From NCBI GenBank assembly GCA_030324005.1, contig JARDVH010000121.1:6946508-7010507 (forward strand): a stretch of DNA of 64,000 bases, written 5' to 3'. The translations under genes were made by a program, and so were the position numbers. Numbering within the stretch: position 1 is the stretch's first letter; each line of letters begins with the position of its first letter. Positions 26,626 to 40,980 of this stretch are shown here, piece after piece. A model generated the notes under the pieces. That model was not told the origin of the DNA and made no database searches. It worked only from the letters and a program-made list of their open reading frames with translations. This stretch comes from Negaprion brevirostris (taxonomy: Eukaryota).

Positions 26626-27842
26626 TGGATAGCTGTTAGAAGCTCTGAATTTACCTCTTCAGAACCTAGTGCGCCTGAGGCAGATCTTGGCCGCGCATAT
26701 CTACTTCATGCCAAATCTGAACGCGCGAAAGCAATGGTAAAGAGGAGATTGTTTGTAATGTTGGGAGAACTAGCCTTTAATTTAATTTAAATGCACACGA
26801 ACGCATTTAAATCACCGTTGCACCCGTTTCGGGCAATGTTCGGATCACGGCCATTTTCAGGCCTTGGTAAAATGTGCATCTGTGTGGATGTGGGCATGAA
26901 TCGCGATAATCGTCTTACGATCCACTTCACCAAGTTGTCACCCCGAAAATGGACGCGACACATTGGTGAAATCGGGCCCTATGCTTGTGAAATGTCAATT
27001 CATATGTTTCCGCTTTCGTGGGAATATGATTACATAATTCCAACCAATCAACCCATCTTGCCTTCCTTTACCACCTTAGTCAGGGAAATTGGATTGATCG
27101 AGAAACCGCCTTCCGTGTATAACACGGAGAAAGGCTCTGTATTATTGAGCACCAGCGATTTGTAAACTCTCTGCTTTCGAACTGTTCTGTGCTGCTCAGA
27201 AGTGGCTATTTCATGCCGGCTATGTCGCGATTTGACTCGTGTGGAGGGGGAGGGCGAAAGGGGCAGTGAGATGTTAGCGAGTGTGTGAGTGGAAGTTTGA
27301 ATGGCCCTGGCTTCACACGGATTCCAACATCGGACTTTCAGGGCGGATCCAAATCACTCATGGTCCAAGTGCACGCGGGTGGGGTTTGATGGAAAATCTG
27401 AAAAATTACGGTGATGCAATAGTAGGATTTTAAAGCGGCTCCGTTTGTAGACCCCAGTGCACAGGTTTTTGTTTTCTGCCTCTATGTAGTGCGGGACTGT
27501 GTTATTCTTCAGGAAATGTTGTTCTGCTGGGGGCTGTGGGGTTGACTGGGGAGAATGTGTTGCTGTGGGGCTCTGGGGACGTGATTGGAGAGTTTGCGAT
27601 GCCGGGTGCTGTAGGGATTGAGCATAGTGTGCTGGTGTTGGGGTACAACGCTGTGTCTGAGGGTGNNNNNNNNNNNNNNNNNNNNNNNNNNNNNNNNNNN
27701 NNNNNNNNNNNNNNNNNNNNNNNNNNNNNNNNNNNNNNNNNNNNNNNNNNNNNNNNNNNNNNNNNGAAGACATTCTTAAACCTCTACATTTGTCTCTCCA
27801 GTTCAGATATTTCATTCCATCCTGATTGATGAGATAACCTCT

Positions 27843-29010
27843 GTGATGCAAACAATTGGCCATCTTATTTGTTTGCTTCCGGAGCCGTGGAGGAAGTGCA
27901 GACAGAGGAAGCCCAGGCCTTACCACTCACCGGCCTGGACGGAGTCGGCAATTGGAGGCAGGGCGTGGCTGCAATTCGCCCCATTACATCAAATACGGCA
28001 TGGGAGACTCGGGCAGTTCCGGAAACTAGTACCGTTCAAATAGCCGTTGGACATTGCGTGTCACTGATGGCAATAGGTCTGAAAAGAGATAGTGCAACAC
28101 CTGTGGCGTTCGCTGCAGCAGCTGACACCTCGCGGCATAGTGCAGCACCTACTCATAGGTGCTATGAACCTGACGGCTGTGTTTTTCTTTTGTGACATTG
28201 TCATCCCCGGGGTCCAGTGGAGATCATCTCTAGGCATCTCAGAAGCATTCGTCCACAATTGTATAAGGGAGGTCACGAAAGACGTGTATTCCGTGGCTGG
28301 CCAGTGTTCATATTTTGACATTGAATGTGTCCAGTCGGAATTCGGGTTGCTGGACTCACAGCCATCACAGGGATTCCAAACATGCAGATGGTTATCGACT
28401 GCTTGTAAATCACACTCAACGCCACGGTCAAAAACACATCAAGAATTGTGAATCGAGTGAGCATCCGTTCAATAAATGTGCAGTTGGCATGTGACCATGT
28501 ACGTTAACACCAGGATCACTGGCAATGCGCATCAGAGCTTCATCTTTCATAGTTCCGATATCCAAGTTGACTTTGAGGAGGAAGGTATTATGAACAGGTC
28601 TTGTGAAGAGATTTTGACGAGGAGTCGAAGGTGAATTGAATTTTGGGGGCATATGGTGTACCCGCTTCTGTGTTGGTTGATGACGCCCGTGCGGACGGAT
28701 GAATCTGAAGCAGAAACCCAATACCCACTACAGCAAGGAAACCATTGCCACCCGCTCAATAGTGGAGCTGTGCACAGCGCTTCTCAGGATGGGGTTCAGG
28801 TGCATGGAACTCTCTGGAAGTGCCCTCGCATTTCTCTCCCTGACAGGGGTGTGCTACGGCCTACACGTCTTGGCAGAGCAGACAGGAGGCTTTTGGGAGG
28901 ACAACGACTTGTTGGACGACCGGCCGAGCTCCCCTGGAGAGGAGATAGTCCAGCAGGAGAAAGGGAAAGGAAGAGGGCGACAACGAAGAACAACACCACC
29001 CAGAAGCTAA
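27843..29010 (+). mobile_element. Harbinger (HARBI1-like) DDE transposase pseudogene
   Basis: GISEAFVHNCIREVT, IPNMQMVIDC, VNR...SINVQLACDH, YPLLCWLMTP..SEAETQY, LRMGFRCMELSGSAL. Multiple frameshifts and stops. Confidence 0.9.
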
Positions 29011-31495
29011 AGAGCTTGTGACCGCAAAGGCCGGGCACGCCAGAACAGAATGGAAGACCCTGAGCAACAAGTGGTATGGCCAAACGGAGCCTGTGTTGCC
29101 ACACTGGTTCCACAACCAACGAACACCCAACACCACCTGTCCTCCTCCCCCAGCCCTACAAACACCTGCAACGTTGTTACACAAGAAACATGGCCCCAGG
29201 TACGTTGTCTGAGCACATTGCTATCACAGACAGGATGCAATGACAACTCTGTCTGCAGTTAATGTTCATGATGCCTTGCCGCAAACGAGACTGAGCTATG
29301 GTCCCTGAACACGCTGGCACCTGGGCACACGACTCTATATTTGGCAAGGAATCAGTAAAACCGCATGCAGTGCCGTTGGTCGTGTGGGCTGGAGAAGTGA
29401 AGATAATCCCGTACTAGTTCTGGGAATGCGTGGTAGACGGTTAAAAAANNNNNNNNNNAAAAAACTGATGCCAATGCATTGCTGCAGGAAATGATTTATT
29501 AAGCGCCAACATTTTCTGAGTGAAGGACTGTTTGTGCCCTTCCTAAACTGGCATCAATCTGTAGCTTCCCTGGAGTAAGGATGTACATTTTAGAGGCAAA
29601 TCTGAAGCAAGTTAATCACCTATCTAATGCTGACATCCACTCGTGCAATCTCACTGTTGCTACAACTTCCTAACATTGCTTAGCCTACAGATGAGTATCC
29701 GTGTCCATCCAGAATGCACATCAGAGTTGGAAGTGGCCCAGGTATCTACGGTGTCCCATATACCGTGATGCCATTGGCAATAGTCTTCGAGAGTGTCAGC
29801 AGGGCCTTGAGGGCCCTGACAGGCATCCAGGTGCCTGGGAACTTTCCGTGATTTTTTTTTTGTCTATCTGCACCGAGATGCCCCTTTTTCTGGTGGGGAG
29901 GGTGTGGTGGTGGTGGTGGTGGTTGGGGGGNNNNNNNNNNNNNNNNNNNNNNNNNNNNNNNNNNNNNNNNNNNNNNNNNNNNNNNNNNNNNNNNNNNNNN
30001 NNNNNNNNNNNNNNNNNNNNNNNNNNNNNNGGGAGAAGGTTTTCTGCAGCTGTTCCTCTTACATAAACGTGTTGTAGACAATGAATAAATCTAGGTGTCA
30101 AGCTGCAGGACAAAATGAGTTGAAATGTTGAATCAGAAAGCTAATGATAAATGATGAAACAATATTTTTAAAGGACCAAGTTGATGAACGTCTAGAGGCG
30201 ACTTTGGCATTAAATGAAATAAAAGTCTAGTAAGCAGGCGAAAGATTTGGGGGAGTAGTCCTTCGAGCGACGTGCTGTGGCAGAACGTCAAAATTTTAGG
30301 AACCGAGTGACTGACATCACTGATGCACGTCATGTAGATTTGAAGAAACATGGATAATTTCGGGGCAACAGTGATGGTATGCATCCATTGTTCAAACGAC
30401 AAAATAAAACAGCTGTTCTTTCCTCGATGCAGGTCATTCGTTAGGTGGTGACTTGTTGCTTGAAATACAACTGAATTATTATTTCAAGCATTTCTATCAT
30501 TTATAATTACTAATATGAAGGTCAACCTGTCACTGGATAAATAAAAATAAAACATGCTTCGGCGGGCATTTCTTCTTTCGAATTTTATTTCCGAGAATAC
30601 GTCTGATTTCCGAACGCTTAGTTGGGGAAGAGTTCATTCCAAGTCCAACACTTATTTGTATCGGCATGTTAAGCTCCTCCATCATTAAAAATAAGGATTT
30701 CTGTGGACACCTGGTGTCGTGAGACTTCTTACTGGACTTTGTCTGCCAGAGGGTTGCAACATTATTCAACATCATTCATGTATTCCAAAACTGAGTGTAC
30801 ATCAGCAGGATTTGCCAGAACATTATGTAAGAGAAGCATTCAATGTGCATATGTGCAGAATAAGTTTACACATTGTTTTGCATTACGTTTGGAATTAGAA
30901 GTAGTTTACACTGATGAATTCAGCTAGGATTATAAAATCTACTGTTAAGTACTAACTTGGAAGAACAAAGCCACAATCTACCAACACTGCTACTCCTCGA
31001 TTCAAGATCTTAAGCACAATTTATCTTATTTCGACCTGAATTTGTCTCGAATGCCAAACTGGCCATGTTGCAAATATGTGATTTGAGTAGCAAATAAAAT
31101 CATTACGTTCCAATATTACCAATATCTTTCCTCGTAATTTCTGTTGAGAAAAAAAATGCAAAAAACAAAGATATTAAGGGAGACAATTCACTACTTATCA
31201 CAACACATTTCCGCCCATTGACGGGTGAGTCGTTCACTTTATGTCCAGCTGATCAAATTTGCAGATGTGTACCTACCTACCAGCCACTGATATGCACCTG
31301 CATCAGCCCCATGATATATTCAGCGTTAGTACGTTGTTTTTTTTTTAATATTTGAATTTGTTAATTTGAGATCGACAAGACATGATTAATTAGGCTTTGG
31401 AATCAGGTACGTTATCTTCTTCACGATGTGAAATATTACCGATAGGCATGGGCTACTGTGAGCTTGTTAGATTCCCCGGAATAAGTAGATGTTAG

Positions 31496-31842
31496 TGGGT
31501 GGTACGATGAGAGTGTTTAGCACTCTCTGTGATGCGGTATCACAGGGACAAGGAACTGGGTTAGATTTCCGGCTTGGATCACTGTCTGTGTGTAGTTTGC
31601 AAATTCGCATTGTGTCTGCGAGGGTTTTCCCTAGGTGTTCTGGTTTCGTCCCATTGACCATAGATGTGTGGGATCGGTGCATTGGCAATGCTAAGTTGCC
31701 CCTCAGTGTTCCAGGATGCTAAGTTTCAGCGAATAGCGGCGTAAATCTCTGTGGTAGCAGGGATTTGTACTGCATGGTATTGTTTCAGTGTGGGCTCGAT
31801 GGAGCAAGTGGTTTCCGTCTGCACTGTTTTGTTTTCCATGTT
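31496..31842 (+). mobile_element. HE1-type SINE
   Basis: cactgtctgtgtgtagtttgca...gtctgcgagggttttcc...attggcaatgctaagttgccc. Confidence 0.85.
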
Positions 31843-33334
31843 TCGACGTCAGTTAGCAGTGATGAAACCTTATGGAGGAGAAGGATGTACAAGCCTAACT
31901 AGTACATTGCTGGTCAGGAGGCCGCCCAGCAGAAAGAGCAGGAGTGAAAACAGGAGGAGGAGAAGAGGAAGAGGAAGATGAGGAGGGCGAAAAGCACGAC
32001 GCTGAACAACATCAGCCAGGTGCTGGATTGCTGGCGACAGAAAGAATAAAACATGCAATGGGGGTGAGGGGAGCCCTGATCAACATATGCTATGGTCAAC
32101 GGGAGCATTTTGTGCCTCATGAATGTTCCATTTGTGGATAGAGGAACAAATGCTGCAATAATACATTGGGAACCAAACTGGCAAGAACGGCTTTAAAATG
32201 GAGATTCTGTCTTCGCGGCATCCTGATAGATGTGATCAGAATTTAATTTACACCCGATCCTTGTTAATCAAGTCTGTGATCGGTGATCTGAATTTTCCAC
32301 TGCTGATCGGGTAAGGGAAGTTGTTTAAATTGAATTCAGACCTGCGCCTTTGAATTATAACATTTCTTCGTAGAACATGTCGAGTAAACTAACCACAATA
32401 ATGTCGTTTAATGTGGTTTCAGTGGATTTTCGAGCCATGATATCGGTTTCTGGTTACACAGTTGGCTGGAAGCAGGTAATCGTGTGGAGGCAAGTGGATC
32501 ATTTTTGGATAAAAGACATGGGCAACCTCTGTTAGTCAGTGACAACTTGGCCAAGACTTACAATGGCAAGACATGTACCTAGAAGGAATTGACCTCAGAG
32601 CTGAAAATCGATTCTACATTCAGGATATTTCTTGCCCCACGCTAATTTACCGCCCCCCCTCCCCCCCCCACCCCCCCAACCCCCCAGACTCAGTATTATC
32701 GTTTTCCAGTTGAATAGTTAAACTTGATGTCCCGTTAATTGTATGTGGATTCAAAAGTTAAGATAGAATGAAGAGTAGGGCTGAGATATTACTATCGGCT
32801 TGCCTCCATTTTCATCATGCTATACGGTCGTAAACAAGGGTATAAACGATTTGCGTGACTGGTGCAAGTAAAATGATTTGTGGCACAGTCAGCCGCATAT
32901 CGCAAATCGGCAAGGGGCAGGATAATTTATTCTCATTAGTGAATCTGGCATTCAATCGGTTATGACTTTTACGGTCTCTGTGGGAAATATTTTCTCCCGC
33001 GAGGAATCGACTTTCAACGTATGAACGGGGAACAGGCAACTTGACTCTCCAGTGGAACAAGAGGCTCTTGAGGCCCCCAGGGGAGTGCGAGGGCAAGGGG
33101 TACCACTTGGCAGTCCCAGGCTCTCAGTGTCACCCTGGCACCAGATCAACCATTTTTCCACGTAGGCAATGCCCAACAGACAATGCAATGGGGCGGGCAA
33201 ATAGGCGACGGGATCTCTGGGGGTTATGGGAGAGGCCAGTGGGGACTGGGGCGAGGAACCAATGTGGGACTGGGCGAATGGGGGAGAGGGTTCGCTGCAA
33301 CGCTGCAGTGATCGATGGGGGTGGAGGATGGGGA

Positions 33335-34712
33335 TCCGCAGAAATCTTCAAACCTTTTTTACAACCATCTGTGGCCGCTCCCTGCTTCAAGAGGACGAAT
33401 ATCCTCCAGGTACCTAAGAAAAGCCAAGCAGCGTGATTTAACGACAATCGTCCGGTCGTTCTGATAACCGTCATTATGAAGAGTTTCAAAAGGCTAATCA
33501 CGGTGCGAATCAAGTCCAACCACCCAAATTACCTGGATCAACTAGTGTTTGCCTGCCTTTTCAACAGACCCACAGCAGGCATAATCTCTCTGTCCCGGCT
33601 GGATAACAAAGATAACTAAGTCAGACCCCGATTTATACAAATACAACCTCTATCGCCTGACCCTCGGCTCCTCCCTCTCCGGCTGGATTCTGAACTTCAT
33701 ATTCCACAGGCTGCAGTTAGCGAGGGTAGGCAACACCCAGACTTCCTCTACGATCAATCTCAGCAGCGGATATGTTCTCAGTCCAATGAGATACTTTTTA
33801 TACATCTGTGACTGTGTGGCCAAGAATTTTAAGTTTGCTGACAGCGCCACCGTCGTGGGTAGGATCTCATAGAATTAAAAAAAGGAGTACAGGAATGAGA
33901 TACAGAACTGGTGAGGAGACACTATCGCTCCTGAAATGTCAACAAAACGCAGTAGATTGACATAGACTTCAGGAAGAATAGAGAAGAACATGTCCCTCTT
34001 TCCGTCTACGGGGACGAAGTTGAAAGGTCGATAGCTTCAATTTTGGCAGGTGTCCAGATCGCCAACAAACTGACCAGCCCCCCAACCCCCTCACCCGACC
34101 ACCAACATCGCCGCCAGAAATGTTCTATCCTGCCGCAATAGTTAAGAAAGCCCACCAATACCTCGAGTCTCTCAGAAGACAACGAAAATTTGGCATGTCA
34201 GCTACGGCTCTGACCAAATTGTTCAGATGCAACATAGAAAACATTTATTTTTTTGTTGTTGCCTCACACATTGGAATGGATTCTGCTCTTTCCATGGCAG
34301 AAAGAAACGACAAAAAATATGCGAATGCAACCCAATACATCACTCACCCGTTCTCCCATCAATTGACTCTGACTACACTTCCCGTTGCCACGGCAAAGCA
34401 GCCAACACAATTTAGGATCCGCACACCCCAAACATTCTCTCTTCCAACTTCTTCCGTGAGAAAAGCTACACAAGTCTAAGGTCACGTACCAAAGATTCAA
34501 GAACATTTTTTTTCGGCTAAGGTCAGACTCTTGAATACACTAACTTGCATTAAGTTGAACTTTTTCTACAGCTGAGCTACGACCGTAACAATACGTTCTG
34601 CACTTTCTCGCGTCTTTCTTTGTGAATGATATGCTCTCTCGGTGTAGTGCGCAAGAAATAATACTTTTTTAACTGTATGCTAATAAATGTGACAATGATA
34701 AATCAAATAAAT
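33335..34712 (+). mobile_element. Rex1/Babar-like LINE, 5'-truncated, RT to 3' end
   Basis: PCFKRTNILQVPKKSQAA, KFAD at ~33831, DFRK, VKKAHQYL..LR..RKFGMS, and the 3' tail tgtgacaatgataaatcaaa. Confidence 0.85.
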
Positions 34713-37700
34713 CCGTCAAGTATTATCGCTAATCTCAAGACTTCATTTTCCAAGCGAATCGCTCATAATGTAAAATGGTGTTAAAGACCTTGCTTTGATG
34801 AGTGATGCAATCTCATGAACATAAATACAAATATAAATAGAAGAGTAACAACTCACTATACCAGTCAATATTGCACACTTTTATATGTTACAGATATCTG
34901 TTACCCGAGATAGGTTTGACCTGTGGAATAATTGTCTCCCCAGGAATCTCTGATGGCTTCATACCATTGCACAACTCTTTTTTTTCTGCGTAGAGTTAAT
35001 CCAAGTGTTCATTGCAGATGATTGATGACTAAAACACTGCGTCCCCAATTTGTTAATTTTAGTACAACTAATTCTACTCAAATTATGATTTTCGCTTTCC
35101 AGTTTGATTACATTTTTCTCTTTTTAACTGATATTGTTGATAATGTTGCAACAGGTGCCCACTATCATAAAAAATGGCGTTGTGCCGCAAAGGCACTGAA
35201 ACAAAAGTGTACTGGTACTGAACGGATCAATATACAAAATCTAGACTTTAACGAATTTCTGAGTGCGTTATGTTTTAGTTATTTAAGTTATCAACAGACG
35301 TTGACACCTCATCTAGTCTATAATACAGACACATAGTTTTCCTCCGCTATGTATCCCATTGAATAACTGATGAACCTGATTTTTTTTGTTGCTTCCTCTG
35401 ACGTGGTGCTTACTTGTATCTTAATGTAGAACAGGATGTACAAAACATGCAGAACTGATTAAAAGCGGAAAGATTAATAGAAGTTAAAAAAATATGTACA
35501 ATTTCCTATTAACGTGCGCATCAACAATTTTCTATGAGATAAATTGAACAACATGAAGCCCCCAACATATAGTCGTTAGTCGTTTCGATTGATTTTTAGC
35601 ACTTAGAGAGGAAACAATTCATTTTTGGAACATTGCATGAGTTAAAGAAAAACTCGGCTATTGAAGAGAAACAATGAGCATAAGGGAGAATGCAGAAACG
35701 CGTGTGCAATCTTAAACTAAACAATCCGGAATGTGTACTTTTCATAGAATCTGTAAAAAGTGAAATCTATAAAGTGCACCTGCGGAATGAAGGTTTCAAC
35801 CTAAAATAACACATGACCTGGCAATCAGGCTTTGATAGAAAATGGGCTTCCAGGTTCCCTTTGGAGTCAAATTGATTCATTCATTCAGATTCCAAACGCG
35901 CTCTTGCTCAGTGAATCGAATGTCAGGCAAAGAGGTAGTGTTCAAATGTGCAAAATTGATGATGTAGACTTCCGAGAAGCTACATCCAGCATACTCGCAA
36001 CATCGCTGATTCAGAGTGTGCTTGTGAAGCAGTTGTGTCCTGCTGGCATGCCTCTGCTTATGGCACCCTCAGTGGAAATTGAAAATTGAATGCTCGTCGT
36101 GGTGCAGGACTGACAAATTTCGAAATCAGAGTCTAATTTCTGGAAGCACATCATTCCTAAGAAACCACAGTGTGATATATTTTTGGTGTATTCTTCAGAA
36201 AAGTAGATTTCAAACACTCGTGTTGATGAGCAAGCGGTAATTCGAGCCCACGAAACAGTGAATCTGCCGAAGGTTTGGCCTGAAGTCGGTGCTAGTAAAG
36301 CTACATCTACGTTATATTGCAAGATCTGTTTGGATGTCATAAAATACAGCCATCTAATTTAGACAGTAATCGGTGCAGAATGATGTGCTTGCGTTTGAGG
36401 TGGACACAGGTGGCCGGACATTATTTTTTGAACTAGTCCAGCCGTTGCCATTAAAGTAAGCCGTACTAACAAGATTGTTTTGTTGTGAGAGGAGTCAGTA
36501 CAGGAAGACTGTTGATCACAAATGTATGAAGCAAATGGCGCAGACCGTATGATATTTAGTCATCCTCGTGTCTCTGTTTTTTGCATATGTTTGGATTTGC
36601 ACTGAGAGTAGATGCGTCGTNNNNNNNNNNNNNNNNNNNNNNNNNNNNNNNNNNNNNNNNNNNNNNNNNNNNNNNNNNNNNNNNNNNNNNNNNNNNNNNN
36701 NNNNNNNNNNNNNNNNNNNNNNNNNNNNNNNNNNNNNNNNNNNNNNNNNNNNNNNNNNNNNNNNNNNNNNNNNNNNNNNNNNNNNNNNNNNNNNNNNNNN
36801 NNNNNNNNNNNNNNNNNNNNNNNAAAACAGTAGTTGGAAATTTTGCAGAAACATATTGGCGTTTACCTTCATCCCAATATTGTGGAATAATCTTTTGGCC
36901 AGTCTTTTAAATAATCACTTAGAGAGGAAAACAATGCAGTTCATTTGAAAATTATGCACGTGAGAACAGGCTTGTTGCATAAAAGATAATTAAAGTCTAA
37001 TTCAAGAAGCTACAACAAGTAGGAAAACAAAATAAGAGTGTGTTAGCAGATAAAGCTCGTGGCTTAATGGTACGACATCATAGTTCAAGTCTCGTTCTTT
37101 ATTTGCATGTCTCAGCTTTAACAAGTTAAATTACTTCTCCGCATATAAAATGGTCACATATGTTCCGATAGTCACTCCAGCATCATTGTGAAGTTCAATG
37201 CAGGGCGCAGTTAGACAATAACAAATGAAATTTTACATCGACAACAACTAAAACTACATCTAAGCCGTTAGGATAACCCTTTGATTGAACGTTGGAACGT
37301 TCGCTGTTGTGAGATCTGGCCTTGGCTTGAAAGTGAATATTTTTAATTACTGTTTTGAAATTCTACGTGTAAGTTTTCTCTAATGGAAATATTTAATGTG
37401 TTTGACAAGGATATGTACGAGATTTGTCAGTGCAAGTGATATATATATATATATAGGGCACGCACACATACTGGAACGATATGTACAAGAAAGACACGGT
37501 AAGAATCTGTTTGTCAACTATCAAATCACATGTGGAAAACGCAGCCTGAAAAGCAGTTCATACAATGAATTCCTAGAATTTACCACTGCAGTACGAATCA
37601 TGAACAATGATTTGCGATTAATTACGAACATCAAGAAAGAGGAGTAGATTGGCAAATGTCAGCATAATATGGAAAAATGTTCTAATCAATCGTCATAGTA

Positions 37701-38289
37701 GGTGTGTACAACTAAGAAAATCAGTTTAAGGATTTAAAAAAAGTGTAATTTTCAACTTCCGAAATTTGATCTCCCTTGTTGTATTAACAAGGGAGACAGG
37801 ATAGTGAAATGAGGCAATAGATCAAAAAGCAAAGAAAATATTTGCGACATCGCATTTTCACTCTCCTTAAAGAGTGTCATTTTGGGGGGAAAAACACAAT
37901 TACCACAGTCAAAAATGAATGTAAACATACGGTCAGGTTTTAAATGGGGCTATACAGATTCTTACATATGATCGTTAAGTCATGTCACAGTAACGGGCAT
38001 TGCTTAAGAATTACCGAAGAATAACTAAAATGCGTTAAGTATGATACAATCTGTAATCTGACTGTAAGATTTACACGTGTAGCAAATTATACAGCAAATG
38101 AAGCTAGTACTATTTGTACAGAAAATGTGCTCAGGCAATTGTAAATTAAACCCAATAGAGGCAGAAGTTATTCTAATGCACCTTGTGCAAATATTCATTG
38201 TAGAATGTTAATATTGTGCAGTGCTAGTTCAAAGTCAATACGACAACAAGGATAAACAGAATGAAATCAGCATTAACGCTAACAGAAAG

Positions 38290-39505
38290 AAAACTCAGCA
38301 AACGGGTTTCAATTGAATTAGTGTTGCCAAATGTTTTCGTATATGGTTCAATCGTATTGCTTTTGCGCACCATACAGACACCGCGTAACTTTCATGGAGA
38401 AGGAAACGAGAGAGAGCAGAATGTACTGTTACTGTCATAACTGGACGGAAAATTCAGCTGAATACAAGCAAGATCCATTCAAAGGTCTGATGCTAAGAGT
38501 GAAGATGTTTTAGCGTTGGTGGGTACGTGACCTCAGACACTCTAGCATTTTCCTGACCGAAGAAGGTAGAACGTATGTCAGGCGTGTGTGGAGTCCTTAA
38601 TTAGACTGGCTGCTTCGCCGATGCAGCAGAAAGTGCAGAGAGAGTCATTGGGCGGAAGGCTGGATGGCGTGATGGATTTGAACTCATTCACTTTTTTTTT
38701 GCAGTGTATTTCTGTCTTGGGAGAGCTGGAGCCATTCCAAAGTGTGCCACTACCAGAAAGAACGATTTTATAGGGCGCACGTGAAAAGTTGGTGAGAGTC
38801 ATAGCTGGCATGTAGAAGCAGCTTACTCTTCTGAGAAAGTAGAGGCACTGGTGGTGTTTTAAAAACAATATATACAGTGTGGNNNNNNNNNNNNNNNNNN
38901 NNNNNNNNNNNNNNNNNNNNNNNNNNNNNNNNNNNNNNNNNNNNNNNNNNNNNNNNNNNNNNNNNNNNNNNNNNNNNNNNNNNNNNNNNNNNNNNNNNNN
39001 NNNNNNNNNNNNNNNTGAAGTCGATGACTAACTCCTTCGTTTTGTTGATACTGGGGAAAAATTATTGTTCCTGTACAGTTCACCAGATTCTCATCTCATT
39101 CCTGTACATTGCCTCATCATTGTTTGAGAGCCGATATGGTGGTGAGGCGAGCAGTTTGAATGTCCCGTTTCAGCAGCTTTTTCCTGGTCTCTGGCACTCT
39201 GCAGCGTGAAGGCCTGAGCTTCCAAGGAGTTCCATTTGTCTTTCAGAGCCAGGGTCGGGAAATCCCGAGAACTTGGACTTCAGCGCCGGCTGCTGGACCC
39301 AGTTCCGTAGCTGGCCTTTGTTACTTTCTGGTTGGTTGTCTCCAGGGTCCCAATAATCTGCCGTTTTTAAGAGATTGAATTACTGAAGTGTTAGAGAATT
39401 TAAATGAAGGTTTGGAAACATAGAACGAGAGTAAATGAAACAAGAAGAAACTGACGGGCACAGTTTGCACGTTGTAGCCTCGCTCCGGAGCCATCCATCG
39501 GAAAC
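38290..39505 (-). mobile_element. Rex1/Babar-like LINE: 3' half (38290-39145) joined to a probable 5'UTR (39150-39505)
   Basis: HQCLYFLRR..FYMPAMTLTNF and RLSNNDE at ~39110-39135. The distal part ends in gatggctccggagcgaggc, a typical 5' end. Confidence 0.75.
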
Positions 39506-39719
39506 AGTGACTCTTAAAAGCTAACCAATCGCCAGGGCTAAATGGTGTCTTTCGTTCAGACTGAAAAAAAAGATGTTGCGACCAATATTGTATGAATCAC
39601 TTGTAATATTGCAAACTCATTGCTGTATCGAACCTCCCCGGTCAAAGTGAAAGAAGAATTACAACAAGATATTAATGGAAATGGGAAAAAAAAACAGAAA
39701 ACAGGAAAACACGAAAGGA

Positions 39720-40200
39720 ATACTCAAGGATTTGTCAGTGGGTAATTTTTAGAATGTTTTAGCTGAATGTTATAGCAGGTCACACCAAAAGTGAAATTGG
39801 ATAGAGCGGGGACAACGCGGACTTTTGAGAGGAAACGGCCGTTTAATCAGTGCACTCGTTTATCCTCAAAGGGGATAAATGCATTTGAAAAGTGTCCTTG
39901 CGGTTCCGGACATAATTGAAGAGATACCAAACCAAATTATATTACAGAACGCAATACAGCAGTGAGTAAATACCAATGTGCTGTCATGTGTAAAGCACTG
40001 TATGCGTCACAGGAACAGACCATAGGTGAGCAGGATAAATTGAACTTCTCGTCTTGGCACGTTATATGACTTGTCAATTACGTAGATCAGTGTCTATTCG
40101 GTACATAGAGGAAATTTGCATTACTTATTTGGATGAAGGAAATAAATGCTGGTTCAGTACAGGGATGATAAGTGCAGAAAATAATACTTCTAATGGAAGT
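39720..40200 (+). mobile_element. Very old CR1 RT fragment
   Basis: Faint similarity to the QHGF..G.SCLT and QRVGINGSFS regions. Confidence 0.4.
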
Positions 40201-40207
40201 AGAGATT

Positions 40208-40980
40208 GCATAGAAATATAGAATCATATAAAGATTGGCTTTTTGCACTTCGAGCCTGCTCCCTCATTCATCATGGTTATTGTCCTGATCATCTAACTCA
40301 ACAGCATATTCCTACTTGTTTCCCCTTTGTTCCCTCTCACCGCAAGAACTATATCGACTCGCCTGCTGAATACATTCAATGTTATTGCATCAACTGCTTC
40401 CTGTGTTAACTAGTTCCAGAGGCAGATCACTCTTTGGGTTAATACGTGTTTTCTCATCTCTGTACTAAATGGTCAAATTTCAGACTGTGGTCCCCGTTTC
40501 TGGAGAAACCCATCATCGGGAACACCCTATCTGAATCTATCCTGTCTAGTCCTGTCAGAATGGTATAAGTCTCTATGAGTTCATCCTCATCCGCCTGAAC
40601 TTCAGCGGAAACAATCTGAACCTTGTCAATCGTTATTCATACATCAAATCCACTATCCCCGCTATCAGCTTAGTAAAACTTTGCTGCACGACATCGAAAG
40701 CAAGAACATCCTTCTTCGGAAATACAGATAAAGAAAACTGCTACAATATTCTAGGTATGGCTTCACCGAAACACTTTCAAATTGCAAGAAAACATTCCTG
40801 CTCCTCTACTCGAAATATTTCGCAAAGAAGGCCAACACACCGTTTGACTTCTTTGCTGTCCGCTGCAGCATAATGATTTCTTTCACCGACTGCTGAACAA
40901 GGACAATGAGGCGCCCTGTACAAATCCCTCTCCCAATTTACAGACATTCGGGTAGTAATCTGCGTTCTTGTTTCTGTTCA
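40208..40980 (-). mobile_element. CR1 3' fragment
   Basis: catagaaatatagaa tail, ttcgagcctgctcc, and the reverse-complemented ORF2 C-terminus. Confidence 0.85.

Larger units (their letters stand above)
25477..26979. mobile_element. Non-autonomous PIF/Harbinger element (MITE-like)
   Basis: Terminal inverted repeats aggcccgattttacca (25477) and tggtgaaatcgggccc (ending 26979). Flanks are taa/tat, close to a 3-bp TWA target duplication. Confidence 0.75.

Noticed and set aside
35820-36480. Overlapping 85-109 aa ORFs in unassigned sequence
   Set aside because: No recognisable domain, and lengths are within chance expectation.
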